Positions 13,601 through 27,500 of a stretch of 64,000 nucleotides of DNA are shown piece after piece (positions within the stretch are counted from its first letter, which is position 1; each line of letters starts with the position of its first letter). The stretch comes from Eutreptiella sp. 'Long Island Sound 2002'. Taxonomy: Eukaryota; Protista; Euglenida. The stretch is from NCBI GenBank assembly GCA_964036045.1, contig OZ038378.1:176328001-176392000 (forward strand), given 5' to 3'. Position numbers and translations under genes: made by a program. The notes under the pieces are model-generated. The model searched no databases, was not told the DNA's origin, and worked only from the letters and a program-made list of their open reading frames with translations.

Positions 13601-16600
13601 CTGTTGTGGATTCGTGGCGATGAAACGCAAGCGGCGTTGGCGCCGGTGGCGTTTCATCGCGCAAGATGCGCCCGGTCTAAGACACCGCAGGCGCACGTAT
13701 GGTATTGATTTGGGGCCTGGCTCAGGGGAGCGGGAGATATGAGGTCCCGAACACTGCCCAACATCCCCCCCCCCAAGGGGTCGTGGGTTCGACTGGGTTG
13801 CCGTCTGCACAGGGCCCATTCCTAGCGAGACTCGTTGACCTCGCCACACGTCCGTGGCAAGTCCGGCCTGGACCACTTGGAGGCGCCCACGTCTGCCATC
13901 TCCGCAGGCCCGGGAATCCGTAAACGTGTCCACAACCCCCGTTGAGGGGTATCTGGAGCTGGGATCGCTGTCCGCGTTCGGGGGCAGCCTCCGGGATGTG
14001 CGCGTCTGGACGTCCCAAGCGGCGCACCCCCCATTCGACCGCGGCGCCCTCTTCCTGCACTACCCGCTGGCGGAGCTGGACCACCCCTCGCAGTTGGGGC
14101 TCCGCACGCCCTTTGCGACCCTCGGCCTCTACCACGGCGCACTGGCGGTGCGTGACCATAGCCACAACGCACGGCACGGGTACGTGCTGCTGAAGGGGCG
14201 CGAGGCCGCCGGGACCCTCGGCAGCGACCCTTGGGCCCCCAATGAGCAGATGGTCTCAGGCGGCCCGGTCCCCGGTCCCCCGCCGCCGCCGGCCACTTCG
14301 GCGGCCCCCGCCATGGCCCACTTGCACTGCCCAGTGCACAACTGCGTGCGGTCTGACGCGCCGTCGGAGTACCGGGGCTTTGGGGCGGCGGCGGCAGGAG
14401 CGGCCCCGGGGTCGGAGGGGTCACCGCTCAACACGTCCCACGCCCCGGCCCCAGCCCCGGCCTGCGAGCCCGTGTCCGGGCGCCCGGTCTGTGGGGAACG
14501 CGGCTGGAGCCGCGCGCCCGGCGATGTGCGCATGTGCGGCACATCCCCGTGGCCGGAAACCGGCTGCGCACTGAACTTGACGCAAGCGGAGGCCGCGGCC
14601 GCTTGCGCGACCATGAACGCGCGCCTGTGCACCCTCGCGCAGTTGGAGGCCGGCGCCGCGTCCGGCAGCGGCTGCATGCTGGACTGGGCGGCTGTTTGGA
14701 GCGCGACCGCATGCAACGCTACCCCCGAGACCCCGGCGTTCTGGACTGTGACGTGGAACCCGGCGCGCCAGTCGAGCTGTGTCCCGGCCCCGTCCCGCCA
14801 CGCCCTCCGGTGCTGCGCCGAAGAGCCTGCGACCGGGCACTACGCGTTCTCGGTGGGGGCGTGGGTGCGGTACGACGTGGTGCCGGTGCTGCAGAGCGTC
14901 GTGACGCTGCGGGCGGCACGGCATGCGGTGCGCGTGCGGGTGGCGCGGCAGTCCGGGTTTGAGTTGAGCGCGACCAGCCCCTTGCAGGGCAGATCGGAGC
15001 AGGTCGTGCTTGGGGCTGTGGCCCTTGCAAACGTGAGGGCTCGGGGGCGGAGGGACGCTGAGGCCCCTCCCGTCGACTCGTCGACGCGAGAATGGCGGGG
15101 GGCAGGGGTGTCGTGAGAAGGCTGACAAGGCTGGGCAGGGGGTGGGCATGTACAATTTGAGGTCATTGCCATCTGTGGAAATGCTTTGCATCTGACACCA
15201 CACCCTGGCAGGTTTTAGCTGTCGCCATTTCCCCTATCTCTCCCCTCAACACACGGTGGACCAGGGAGCTGAGTGTCACATCCTCTCCCCGACTTCACCA
15301 GTGCAACATGCCACGCTTCCCCCGTTGGATGCATTCTGCTGCCCGGGGGAACGCGCAGCATATTCCGTCCTCCTTATCCTTTGACGAGAAGTAAAAGCCA
15401 CTCCATCCTCTGACCTAAGTACTGGGTGATGTAGTCGAGGTAACAGCGGGTGCCCCACACCGAACCGACACCGGCGCTCCACGGGTGCAATCGGTTGACC
15501 TGTCTTGGCCTGTGCTCCGATCCCACAGGCGCTCAGGGGCAGGGATATGCTTGAGGGACAGGGGGGCCGAAGGGCGATTTCCAGAGCGGCAGCAAAAGCG
15601 GTTACTGGCGGTTGGAAAGACGGGTGTGGGGCAGGTGCTGGCGGTTACAGAACGGTTGGAAGGCAGCTGGCAGCAGATAAAAGCAGTTGGACTGATCGGC
15701 ACCCTGAAGTGGAGGGGGTATCCCCCCCCCCCCCCCGTTCAAGCACATCCCTGCTTCAGGGGTACCACAAACCTCTTCTGGAACTGGGCTGCCCTACGAG
15801 CAGTAAGGACCTCTGCCACGCATTCAAGTGCAGCCCTGACAGTCAGTGACCTCCGAGCGCTGCTCTGCCCTTTGATGACGCGTGTTCGATCGTCAGGTGT
15901 CGGTGTCCCAAGTCATGATGCCGGGGCTGTGGTACCACATCGTTGCCGTCGTGGAGCAGCACGACCTTCGGCTTTATGTCAACGGCCACGGCACGTCCGT
16001 TTACATGAAGTACGCACTCGACATCGGATCCCGCCCCTCCCTCGACATCGGCCCCTCAGAGTCCGGCGCCCTGGCAGAAGCGTTGCAGGGGTCGTTCGCG
16101 GACGTGCGGGCGTACACGTGGGCCCTCCCCGAGGCGCTGATCTGGCGGTGGTTCACGAACGCCAGCACGTTCCATTGCCCATTGCACCGCGGCCGCGTTT
16201 GCAGCGGCCACGGTACATGCGTTCCCGGCCCTTTCATGTGCCACTGCGACCCGCCGTACCGGGGCCGCCGCTGCAGTGACTATGAGCCCCTGTACCCTTC
16301 GCCCAATCATGGGATGGCGGAGTGCCCCGCCGACCCTGTCAGCGGGTACTGGCAGGGCAAGGGCTGCCCAACGTGTGCCAAGGTCTGCATCGATCCCACT
16401 TCCGATTCCTCCCACGTAAACCCCCAGACAAGAGTCCCTTTCCCCAACAGGACGCCTACAATTTTTTTTTGTTGCACTAAATGACATCCCTTTGGGGCCC
16501 AGGGATGGATACAAGATTAATGTGAATATTTTGGGTGTGGGGGGGGGCTCTGGGGTTGGCTGAGATGACGAGTGACGAATGACAAAGCCTCCTCGGAGAT

Positions 16601-19600
16601 GACAAACAGCAAATGGCAAAACCTTCTCAGAACAGTGCACATGTCCACTTTGGTTGTTGTGGGTGTTTTCTGTGTTGTGCATTTGTTGGGCATCTTGTGC
16701 ATTTGCATTTTTCTTTGTACATGTCAAACCCCAAAGTTGGTTGCCCTGCTTGAAGTCCTGCGTCACGTCCTCACGTACCTGTGAAATGTGGCAGCCGTTT
16801 TGCCTGCAACAATCAACAAAAGGACAAAACAAACACATGAGCAGGTAAAACATGAGTTGGAGAGACAAGCAATGGTCATGCTTATGGTAATTTGCGCTAT
16901 ACTTGCTGGGTTTTGTATCAACCAATCAGAGAAGCCTGCAGAAGTTTCTCGGTCACCTGCTGGAAAAAAGCGTGTTGTGGCGGTTTTGGAGCTCTGGGGC
17001 AGGGTCCTACCCGATGCTGCTGGGGCATGGCAGGATTTGGGGAAGGTCAAGGCTCAGGTTTTTGAGAGCCAGAAGGAGGAATAGTTCTCAGCTTGCACTG
17101 CACCCTGTTTTCTTTTTTTCTGGGCAGCTGTGGCTGCCAACCAAAAGTATTTTATTGGCTTGTGGCTGCTGTTGTTGCTGATTTGGAGCGGGCAATCTCA
17201 ACAGCACTGAACAGCATTGCTGCTGCTAGTTTGATGCGCTGGGATAGTCTCCGCATGTGTTTGATTGGCAAACAGGATACCCCTGCGCCAGAAGATTGCC
17301 CTGTTGCCCATGTGGCGTCTGCTTGGGCAGTTTCTGCAGTTTCTGGACCTGGAGGCGCTGTTTGCCCTTAATTCAGACAATGCTGACAGTGACTCCTCTG
17401 GTTCAGGGTCCAGTGACTCATCAGTAGGTTCGTCCGCTAGCAGTAGTAGTTCCAGTGACAGCAAAACGGAAGCAATTCGACGAATCTTGGCAAGATGCCA
17501 AAAAACAGGTCAGTAACTGATAATGATTGATGGTTTGGAGCACAGCAATGCCATCTTGGGTGCAGTGCATGCTCTTGTGCCTAACGAAGGAGGGAAGTGG
17601 GTGACACTCGCATGTACAGCCATGGTTCTCGGCCAAACTGGGGTTTCGTCATTCGTCATTCAGCATCTGGGGGGACCCCCCCCCCGCTTTTCTCCAGCCC
17701 TGTTGGGACCGCTCTGCGTACCGTCAAACTGCCGTCTGTTTCCCTACAACTGCCCTCTGTCTCCCTCCCACCACCATCAGTTACCCTTCAACCGCCATCA
17801 GACGCCCCCCCCCCCTTGTTTCAGCACAGCCTTGTGGGGGGCTGCCGTTGTAAGACAGTGTGTTCGGTGGGGAAACAAGGTCGACGGCAGTCCTTCGGGC
17901 TTCACTCGGCACTGCAAGCGTTATGCACCCTTCGACCAGGTCGCCCGTGAGACCCCCGCGCCTCACGCCTTCAGTCCTTAGCGCAGTGCGCGCGCAGTGC
18001 AACTATTTGGGCGTCTAGCCAAACTGGAGACCCATACTTTGTGATACTAGGGGCATCATTGTTGCCCCTAGCATTGGTTTTGATGCTTCTTCCGCATGGG
18101 GGATATGGCATTTTTGGATTTTCACCCACTTTTACCGATTTCCACCCCTTTTCACATTTTTTTGGCTCATCTTCACCATGGACTCCCACACTTTGGTGTG
18201 GGCCCTTGAGTTGGGTGATGGACACCCAGGCTTTGGCGTGGCCCCTCAAGTTGACGTGACGGACTGCCCAGTTTTTGCCTGACCACAGTCGAATGCCCTA
18301 TGCAAGGCCGCATCCCCGCTGATGAGGAAGCGTGGTTGTACCACAAGTTGGAAACAGAGGTTGACGTGGATTCCCTCCTGCAAGAAACTTTGCCCCCCGG
18401 TCGAGTTGAGGATGGGGTGGACACATACGCGGCTTTGGGACTAGCTGGTAGGGTGAGTGAGCTTTCAATTGAACAAAAAAGAGGATATGTGCGTGGCTTT
18501 CCGCATTTTGCATGATGTCTTATATAAAGGGAAGGTAGCTTGCATTCGTCTTGAGCCAGGGTAGTTTGAGTGACTTAAATTTAGGGGGGTAGCTGGGATG
18601 GCCTAATTTTGAGGGTGTTTGGAAGGGGTCGGTATGGGGGTTCTTCATAGGGGAATCTAGTCTAAAAGTAGCGCGCAGTGCGCGCGACGTGCCCGCGCAG
18701 TGCAAGGGTTCCCCCTGGGGCGGAGATTTGTGCAACACATTTGGTACCCCGTGTCTTGGAAAGTTGATGCGCCGCGTCTGACAACATTTATGCGTCCCTG
18801 CGGCCACAAACTGGATCGCCTCGGAAGCTTACATCCGGCAGGACGCCTGCACAGTGTCCGTCAACCGCAGCTTGACGGAGGGTGACCAACGGCGTTGGAG
18901 GGCAACTGCATCAAGGGCGCGTCTCAGACAATCCAAAACACGAGTTTCACTGGAAGACGCCAACAGTTTTTGGGGGCCATAGGACAGCGGCACCGCGCAT
19001 TTCAGTCGCCGTAGAAGGCACTTGAACGCGACTGTGCGCAGTGACTGAACGGTATACGATGCAGTGATCCGATTAAGAGACTCCCAAGAACAAGGGGCAT
19101 CCCTTGTAAAGCCCACCCACCAAGCGATCCATATTAGACGGGTCTTTTTTTTTGAGGGTTTGGGGGCACACTCCTCTCTCGCCTCCTCTTTTCCTCCCCC
19201 CGTTGACCTTTTTCTTCACAGACATGCCAGTAGCGTCCGGAGTTTCGTTCGGACTCAGCCCCATACCGTGTGCCAGTCAGTATTACCCGCTGCTGCCGCG
19301 CCCGAGTTTCAGTAGGAACCAGCTGTCCGCTGTACAATTCAGCAGAAGCCAGCTCTTTCTGACCACGCCTGACCTGCCGGCCCAGTCCGCTCTGTTTTGT
19401 ATCCCTCTCTGTTCCCCACTCTTCGCCCCCCCCCCCCCTCTCTGTCCATTCTCTTCCCTCACTGCCCTCCCTACCCAGGGTCACGTGGCTCATCTGTCAT
19501 AGCAAACAATCCCTGGACCAGAGGTCCCCGGTTCGATTCCCAAGGGGGACGACATGCAGGACCGCGCCGTCCCAGGCGTCAGGATGTCGGGTGGGATGCT

Positions 19601-21531
19601 GCGAGGGGAAAAGGGTAAGGTCGCGCTGGAGTCCGGAGGTAGTCCGGGCAGCCTCCCTCCGCCTCGCCACTCTCTCAGGGCTACTTCGGGCCTTTCTGCA
19701 ACGTGCCCGCGTACCATCAGTGCGGCGACTACAACGGAACGTCGCCTTCGTTCGCAGGCACCATAGACCTCGCCAAGTGGGAGGGTGCCCCCACCGCATT
19801 GGAGATGGTGGCCGCCCCGGGCGGTGCCAAGTGGTTGGCAGTTGCGGCCCCCCACCTGCTGCTCTACCGCATCGCCGCGGCGGGCGCGCTGCGGCCCGCC
19901 CCCGCCCCCGCCATGGGGTCTGCCTGGCACATCCTCCGCATTGCCGCCACGGGCCCCCACGTCCTGATCGCGAGCCAGGCCAACAACCACACCCTCCGGG
20001 TGCAGGCCTTCGATGCGGCAACGTGGGCCCCGCTGCAGGACGACGTGGTGCCCATCTTCGCCGCCGTCACGCACCTCGCCTTCGCGCCGCACGGGGACGC
20101 GTTCTGCTTCACCACCGGGACCGAGTGCTGGGTCGAGGGGCTGTACTGCCGCGCGCCCCCCGGCGGCCACCTCGTGTGGCAGGCGCTGCCGCCGCTGGAC
20201 TGCGTCTCCAGCCTCTTCTACGCCGGGGACGTGCCGTTTGTGGCGGGATCCCGCAGCGCGGCTCCGCTGCTGCTGCGCGTGACCCCGGGTGCGATGGCCA
20301 TCAACCTCCACTCGGTGCCGCTGCAGCCACCCCGCGGCGGCCCATACACCTCCGTCCGAGCCGCTGCCGCGCACGCCGGGGCGCTGTACGCTGTTCTGGA
20401 GGCGCCGCGCTGCCCCGAGTTGTGGGTCGATTCCAACAATTTGGGCTGCCTCACCGGCAACGGCTTCGGGATCCTGAGCGACTTCCTCAGCCTGCGGACG
20501 GAGTGCGCCTCGCGCGGCGGCGAGATCTGGGCCCCGTATGTGGAGGCGGATCTGTGGCGGTTCCGGCCGCAGAGCCCCGGGCGATGGCTCGCGGCGTTCC
20601 AGTTCGAGGGTCGGTGGTACTGGGACACGGGGGACCCTGTGACGCTGCCGGTCCAGAATGGCGGCGCGGACGGCCCCGACGCCCGCCGCCTGTGCCTCGT
20701 GCTGACCCCCGACCTGCTGCTGGAGGCCGTGGACTGCGGTGGGTCGTACCACGCCGTGTGCTACCGGCCGCACCTGCATGACCACATCAAGTACGTCCTC
20801 ACGCAGGTGTGTCCTCGTGGGCGATGGCGGGGCGGTGGGAGGGGAGCTCTAAGTGTCTATTTCTTGTGGCAAGGTGCCTATGGTCTTGTGGGCCACTGAC
20901 GAGCCCATTTTCTTTCTGCCTCTTGTGCTGACTGCCTCTGATGCACACGTGCAATAGCCCCGAATTCCTTCGGGGGGGGGGGGGGGGGGGCGGAGGGGGA
21001 GGGGGGTGCAGTGAAGTGAACAAAACGCAGATCCATTGTGTCCGATATTGTGTCTGTTTGGGTTTGAGACTCTTGAGCGAGCCCTCAGGAACACTATTTC
21101 AGGGTCCTTTTGTGTGACAGCGAAAGGCTCCTATGGCAATGTCGCTGAAGCGCTTTTTGTTCTGACTGTTGCTTGCAGCCTCTGCCTTGCAGCGTGAAGG
21201 TTCCGCAACATCCGTATCCCTCAGCAGGGGTCGGGGGGTGTGCCCATCACCACTCCTGAAGCGCTTCCGTTGTTGTGAAATGGGAGCCGGCCTGGCAGGG
21301 CGTCTCAGGCTGCCCCGCGCTCGGGGCTCTCAGAGCACCTGACCCTGTCCGAGACGGGCGCAGGAAAGCCCGTGCCACGCACACATGGGCGCGCCGGGAC
21401 GGAGGCCACCCAACCCTCCGCCCCGGGAGGGTCCCACCACCGGTGAGGCAAGGCCGAGGACTGAGCTACAGGCCCCGCTGACCCATGCGGGTGTACCTCC
21501 GCGATACGCCCCCCCCCCCCCTTGTGACACA

Positions 21532-21571
<40 letters not shown>

Positions 21572-24451
21572 ACACACACACACACACACACGTACAGTAC
21601 AAAGTGGAAGAGCACAGCGGAGAAGCGGCGGCGCCAGCGCCAGGGGGAGGGGCCGTGCTTTTCACACCACCACAGTGGTGCGCGGTGGCTAGGCGCCCGG
21701 AGACTCGACCGCGACTCCCGCGGCTGTGGCTTTGCGCTGCACACAATCACAGACAATGCGCCACGTGCGCGGCGGTGGGCAGGGCGGTGCGGCACTGCTG
21801 CGCCAGGCGACATACGGGGCACCCCCCCCTACCGATACCGCCCGGGGCGCCGGGCAGAGCGAGGGCGGCAGGGCTGCGCACCCCAAGGGGGGGGGGGGGG
21901 CTCAACTAAGCGGCCCAAGCGGCGCCGGCAGGCGTCGGTGAGAGGAGGCCACGCCTTCAAGAGAGGACGGGGGCACCCCGACCCCCCCCCCGCGAAGCGG
22001 GCACGAGTGGCATAGCATCACGCGGCCAGGCATGGACGCGCCGGGATGGAGGTCACGTAACCCCACCCCACCAGAGGTTCTGACCCAGGCGAGACCCCCA
22101 GCTGCGACCCCGGCGGGCGCCGAACAGGGTGGCGCACACACTGTACGCTGCACTGATTTTGGTGGCGACCCAGACGACCACTGGGGCCCTGGACCCATAC
22201 GGGTCTCCCTCGTTAATATTGTTCTCCCCCCCCCCCACACACACACAAACAAACTGCCCTGAGACAGTTGTCGGCTTGCCTCCCCCTGCTACCCTCATCG
22301 GCTGTACATAACACACCCATACACATAGAGGGTGACCCGTGCACCCTGTCACAGTACCCAGTTTTGCTCGTGTCCTGCGATGGCGCACTCATGGGCAATG
22401 CCATGGGAGGCGGGATAACTACATATGCCCCGGGCTACGGTGTGGTCCTCACCGCGTTGTATGGCTTCGTGGTCCTAGGCTGCACCCCAACACTTGCAGA
22501 GTGGTACGCCAAAATAGTGGCATTGCACCTACTTCGGGACTGGTGCGGCACCCTTGTACTGCTGGTTGATGCCGCGAAGGCTCAATTTGCCCAATACACG
22601 TCCTTTCCCCCGCCACAGACGCCAGTGGATGCATTGTTTCGGCAGCGGGTCAATGTCCTGGCCCACATCTGCCTAGTCGAATTCTAGCACCCAGCGGCGC
22701 ATGACGTCCGTTGCCTCACTTCCTTATTACCTCAACCCCCTGTCCCATGCCGGCGCCACAGCGGGCATGCATGCCCCCACACCTCTTTCCCTCCCCCTCC
22801 TCGACCTCCTGGAGGGCTGAATCCTGTACACCTCGGGTGTTTCTGTCGTCTTGGAGGCAACGGCCGGCCTGGACGAGGTGTATGTTTCGGCGGTCCAACG
22901 TAGGTACTAGGACACCCTGACAGTGCCCACACAGCACATGGACAGCAAGAGTTTTGAGCGACGGTTCCTTGGTGACCGCCTCACCACCCTCGCAGTCAAG
23001 TAGGCCCTGGCTCTGCACGCACTGTGCCTAAACCCCCCCCCTCTGCCAGTATACCCATGGAATGCCATTATTGCAAAACGGTGGTCACCCACCTCCGTTC
23101 ACACGTCCTTCGCCACTGTATCTCCTTTTTCCTCCTGCGCACCCACACAGCCCCCCGCTTTTTCACCAGCATCCCGAGTTCCCAGCACGGTATGGTCAAG
23201 GGGATTGACACCCTGACCCTCGCAGACACCCGCTGCACCCTCCTATTCGCCACGGACAGCCACAGACCCCATTGCCACCAGCCACAGGTTCACCGCCACA
23301 TTCTGACGGCCACAGGTGTCTAGTACCATGAGGACCCATCTCAGGCGTGTCTACCCCCCCGTATTGCCACTCTGCCGACCACCGAGCTGGTGGTCTCGGC
23401 CCTAGGGACCGCCACCCCCAGCTACGAGATGCCCTGACCGCATGGAGGGACCTACCCCAGGATCCTGAATGGGTGTGCCAAGATCCGCGAGTCCGCCAAC
23501 CACACTCTCGTACCCCCATGACATTGCGGCTGTCAGTCCTACTGTTGGTCCTACTCAGGGGTTTGGCTAACTATGACCTGCGCCTGTACGTACCGCCAGC
23601 CACCCCCATGCCGTGGCCCAGTGCCACAACGACGCAACCTGCAGTGCCGGTAACGGTTGCCAACCCCCCGGTCTTACCGTATGCACTGCCAGAGGTGCAG
23701 CTACAGGCGGCACCTTGTCATGGTGTCCCTGCCGGAAGAGACCCCCCTCCCCCCCCTCCAACATGTCCAGGTCTTCTCGGAGCAGGGGGCGTGTGTCTTG
23801 ATTACAGCGACCACCCCCCTCAGCCTAGAACTCACACAACTTCTCCTGCATATGCAACAGCCGGCGACCCGGAGTTGTGACACCTGATAGAGGATTCCCG
23901 AGTTGTGCCTGCTATGCCCGCCCCTCGCCAGCCGTAACCAACCCAGCGTGGTGCACGCCATACAGTGTGCCCCGGAAGAGTACCGACGGGCCGACGCCGA
24001 GCCCCGAAGCCGGAACCCCCCAGGGAGTCTCTTTATATGGTCTCAAGGCGGTCAGTCTCTTGGTGAGCAACGCCTTGCACCGGACCGCAGATGCCCCAGG
24101 GGGAGAGCACGGAGTGCGGCAGTGGCCTGGAGCCCGATGCACGCGCAGGAAAGACGCAACGTACAGAAATGGACCGACTCCCAGAGTGAACGGTGGCCAG
24201 CCCAGAAGCCACCAAGTACAGACCCCCTCAGCACCGCACACACACGGCCGGGGGAAGGGGGTCAGCGGGGGTACAAGTGGCAAACCCTAATAAGGCAGTT
24301 TCACCCGTCTATCGCGAAGGCGGCAGTGGCTCCACCCCTCAGGCCTCACGGACCCGGAGAGGCAACCGATGACGATGCGGCCCGGCAGTGGCAGCGGGTA
24401 GTCACGGCGCAAGGGTCCAACCCAAACCAAACCTAACCCCCTTGTGACACA

Positions 24452-24501
<50 letters not shown>

Positions 24502-27500
24502 CCTCTTGTTGCATGTTTGCCAGTGTCTCAACCTAGTTCCAGAGCCCGTCAACGGGGCGCCGGCACTCATGAACTCATGGTTCGGTCGCATAGCGGTAGG
24601 ACGTAGTTGTTGAACCTCGCAGTTTGAGCATGATTTCATCGATTTGGGCGTCACACACACACTCACTCACCCACTCACTCACTCACTCACTCACACATGC
24701 ACTCTCTCTCCATCTCTCCATCTCTCTCACCGGGGCACTTGGGGGGCAAGGCGGTCAGTGGAGTGTCTGCGCCTGCCCTCAGGCAGTTGCAGCCTTGCTG
24801 CCACGACAGTCACATGGGCAGTGGCACGCAGTCCAAGACACGATGCCACACTACGAGGTCGGGGCCCGAGCCACCACTGCACTGGGGCATGGGGAGGGGG
24901 GGGGGGAGGCATTGGCACTGGCTGGCGGCTGACGGCCAACAACCAGCCGCCAACGGCCGGCAGCTTCTGATCAGGAGTATCCCCCAGCCCCCGGCCGTAC
25001 ATCTTCTACCCGTTCCGTTTGGACGGGATCTAGGCGCCCCGCTGCCGCTGCACTGCTTTTGTTACGGGGAAACAAAATTTCCATTGCACGTCAGCGGAAA
25101 ATGGCGGCAGTCAAGTGCCCGGCTGGTTACCAGCAGCACTTGTTCATGGTCACTGGACCGCGTTTGGTGGCCGATCGTCAAGGTTCGGCGGATTGCATTT
25201 CAGCATTCAACCACCATGCAATTCTGCACATCAAATCAAGTATTCTTCTGGTAACAAGTGATTCCTCTTGCAGACTCTCAGCCTTCAACTTCCCAGAAAT
25301 CTGGAGGGCCCCATGCCACGAAATTCGAGTGAAGCTGTGTAAGACCACGAAAACGGGGTGTTGCAGAGGGAAGTAATCTTTTGCGACCATAGTACCCTGT
25401 GCTCTGCTTTTGCAGGCCAATTCGCCGTTTCTTTAATGTGCGTTCTCTGATTCCGAGGGGATGGACGCTGAGACTCGTTTGCCGTCACACAGTTTGAGAA
25501 TGATAAGTCGCTTGCAATCTTGTTTTAGAGCGCATGCCAATCATCCGCACGGTGAGCCACATGTATGCTTGGAATTGCCCTCCAGTCCTCGGAGTGTTTT
25601 TCAGTTAACCCCCCCCCTTTGAAATCTCCCATCCCTTGCAACCCCCCCCCCCATCATTTCAATGTGTTTGCTAGTTAACATTTGTTACGGAAGTTTGTGT
25701 TGCCTGTGTGTCACACAAGGCATTGCACTGGTCTCCCATTCAAGTCAATCACCTGCATGTGTTCTGTGATATTCTCTCTCCAAAGGCGGTGTATGGAGTG
25801 TTGTGTTGCTTTTTCAGACCTAGGTATTTCCCCCTTGTGACCGTGTATGGTACCATTCACGCACACTTAGTGCTCATGTGTTGGCCACTGTTGTGGGGCC
25901 TTCACCAAATGGGCCACATTTTTGCCCCATTCGGTACATGCGCCCTGGTCGGGTCACTGAAGTGGATCACGTGAGTGCTCAACTCTTGAGGCTAGAGGCG
26001 GTGGTGGTTGCAACACCCAAGTCTCCAAGGTCACTGGACGTTAGCATGGCTTGAGAACCTCAAATACAGGCACAACACATCGTGGTGGCAAATGTGTCCC
26101 AGAAGCGCTGCCTGCAGTCCACGTTGGATGCCTTCTTGAAGCCCATTCCCATTGTCACGGACAGTGCCGCCGACAATGTGCAATTGACTGGCAGTCCCAG
26201 CCCTCTTTCCGAATCATCCATGTGGGGAGGTCATTGAACAGCGGAGGCAACATTTGGCTAGAGCTGATGCCGAGGGCTTCTGCCACGGAACTGTTTTGCA
26301 AGTTGTGAACGATGCGCCATCTATGCCCCTCAGGCGGCTCGCAGTTCGACCTCTTGGTTCTTTTGATGTGCAGCATTTTTTGGGGCATAATATTTAGGCC
26401 AAATGACAATTTCAGGGGGGAAATCACAAAAAAAAACTTATTTTCTGATTTTTTGGGGGTGAAAACAATTTTTTCCCCTGATATTTGTTGTTTTTGACGC
26501 ACGCAAAATATTTGTCATTTAATATTTTCGTATGTTCCCCGGTTACGACCGTCCAGTACTCATTCCCCCGGTCAGCCTTTGCATTGGTCGATTGGGCTAA
26601 GGCTGGGACTCATCAGACCATCCCGCCAACACAATTGCCATGTGAACGCAACCCGTGACTCCGAGCAACGCAGTCGCAGCATTTAAGGTTCATTCCCCTC
26701 TTGATTGCCTACAGTATCCCTTGGACGTCGCCCTGACAGACACCCCAGCTGCCCCGCTCGCAGCGCTGACGCTGCCAGTGCAGCGCACGCGGCGCGCGAC
26801 CGTCCAAATGACCTTCAGCGCAAGTGACTGGGCCTACGTCGCGATCCTCGACCCCTCCCACGACCAGAACGAGCCCTGGGCAGTGGCAGGCGTCCGGCTG
26901 CACCCCACCCTCACCCTCATGGGGGCCGTCGCCGAAGAGCCCCCGAACTGCCGCTACACGACCCTCCACTGCCCGTCCCCACTGCTGGGCCCCGTCCTCG
27001 ACCCGGACGCGCACGCGCTGTACTTGGCCGGGGCCGACGCCGGGCGGCTCCATTGGTTCACGACCACCGAAGTCATCAGCGTCAGCCCCGAATTCGTTGA
27101 TATGTACAGCGATGACACGAACTTGACGGTGCATGGCGTGGGCTTCCGGCCCGGCATGCGCTGCTACATCGGGGGGTACGCGGTGCACACCGTGTACTGC
27201 AACGCCAGCACGCTGCACTGCCTGTCCCGGGCCCGGGACATGCCGGAGGACCTGCGCGCCCCCTACTGCGGCGTCCCCGTGGAGGTGGGCCTGCCGGGCG
27301 GCCCCACCACCCAGAGCGACCGCCGCATCTTCCATCTGGCGCCCCCGCGGCTCACGGCCGTGTACCCCCCGACTCTGCTGCTGGGCCAGCCCAACTCAGT
27401 CTTCACCATCCACGGCCACGGGTATGCCATCCTTCGCCCCCTATTCATTGCACGCACCATATCGGCCAGCCTCCACCTGCAAAGAGATTCCGCCGGCTCG

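Noticed and set aside
16788-17640. Decayed long ORF with an Asp/Ser-rich stretch
   Set aside because: Multiple stops and no recognisable motif.
18319-18356. Hammerhead ribozyme cores (CTGATGA...GAAA) here, at 42851, and in the PLE 3' region
   Set aside because: The required flanking stems could not be formed by eye, and no CTGANGA core was found in 50156-50449.
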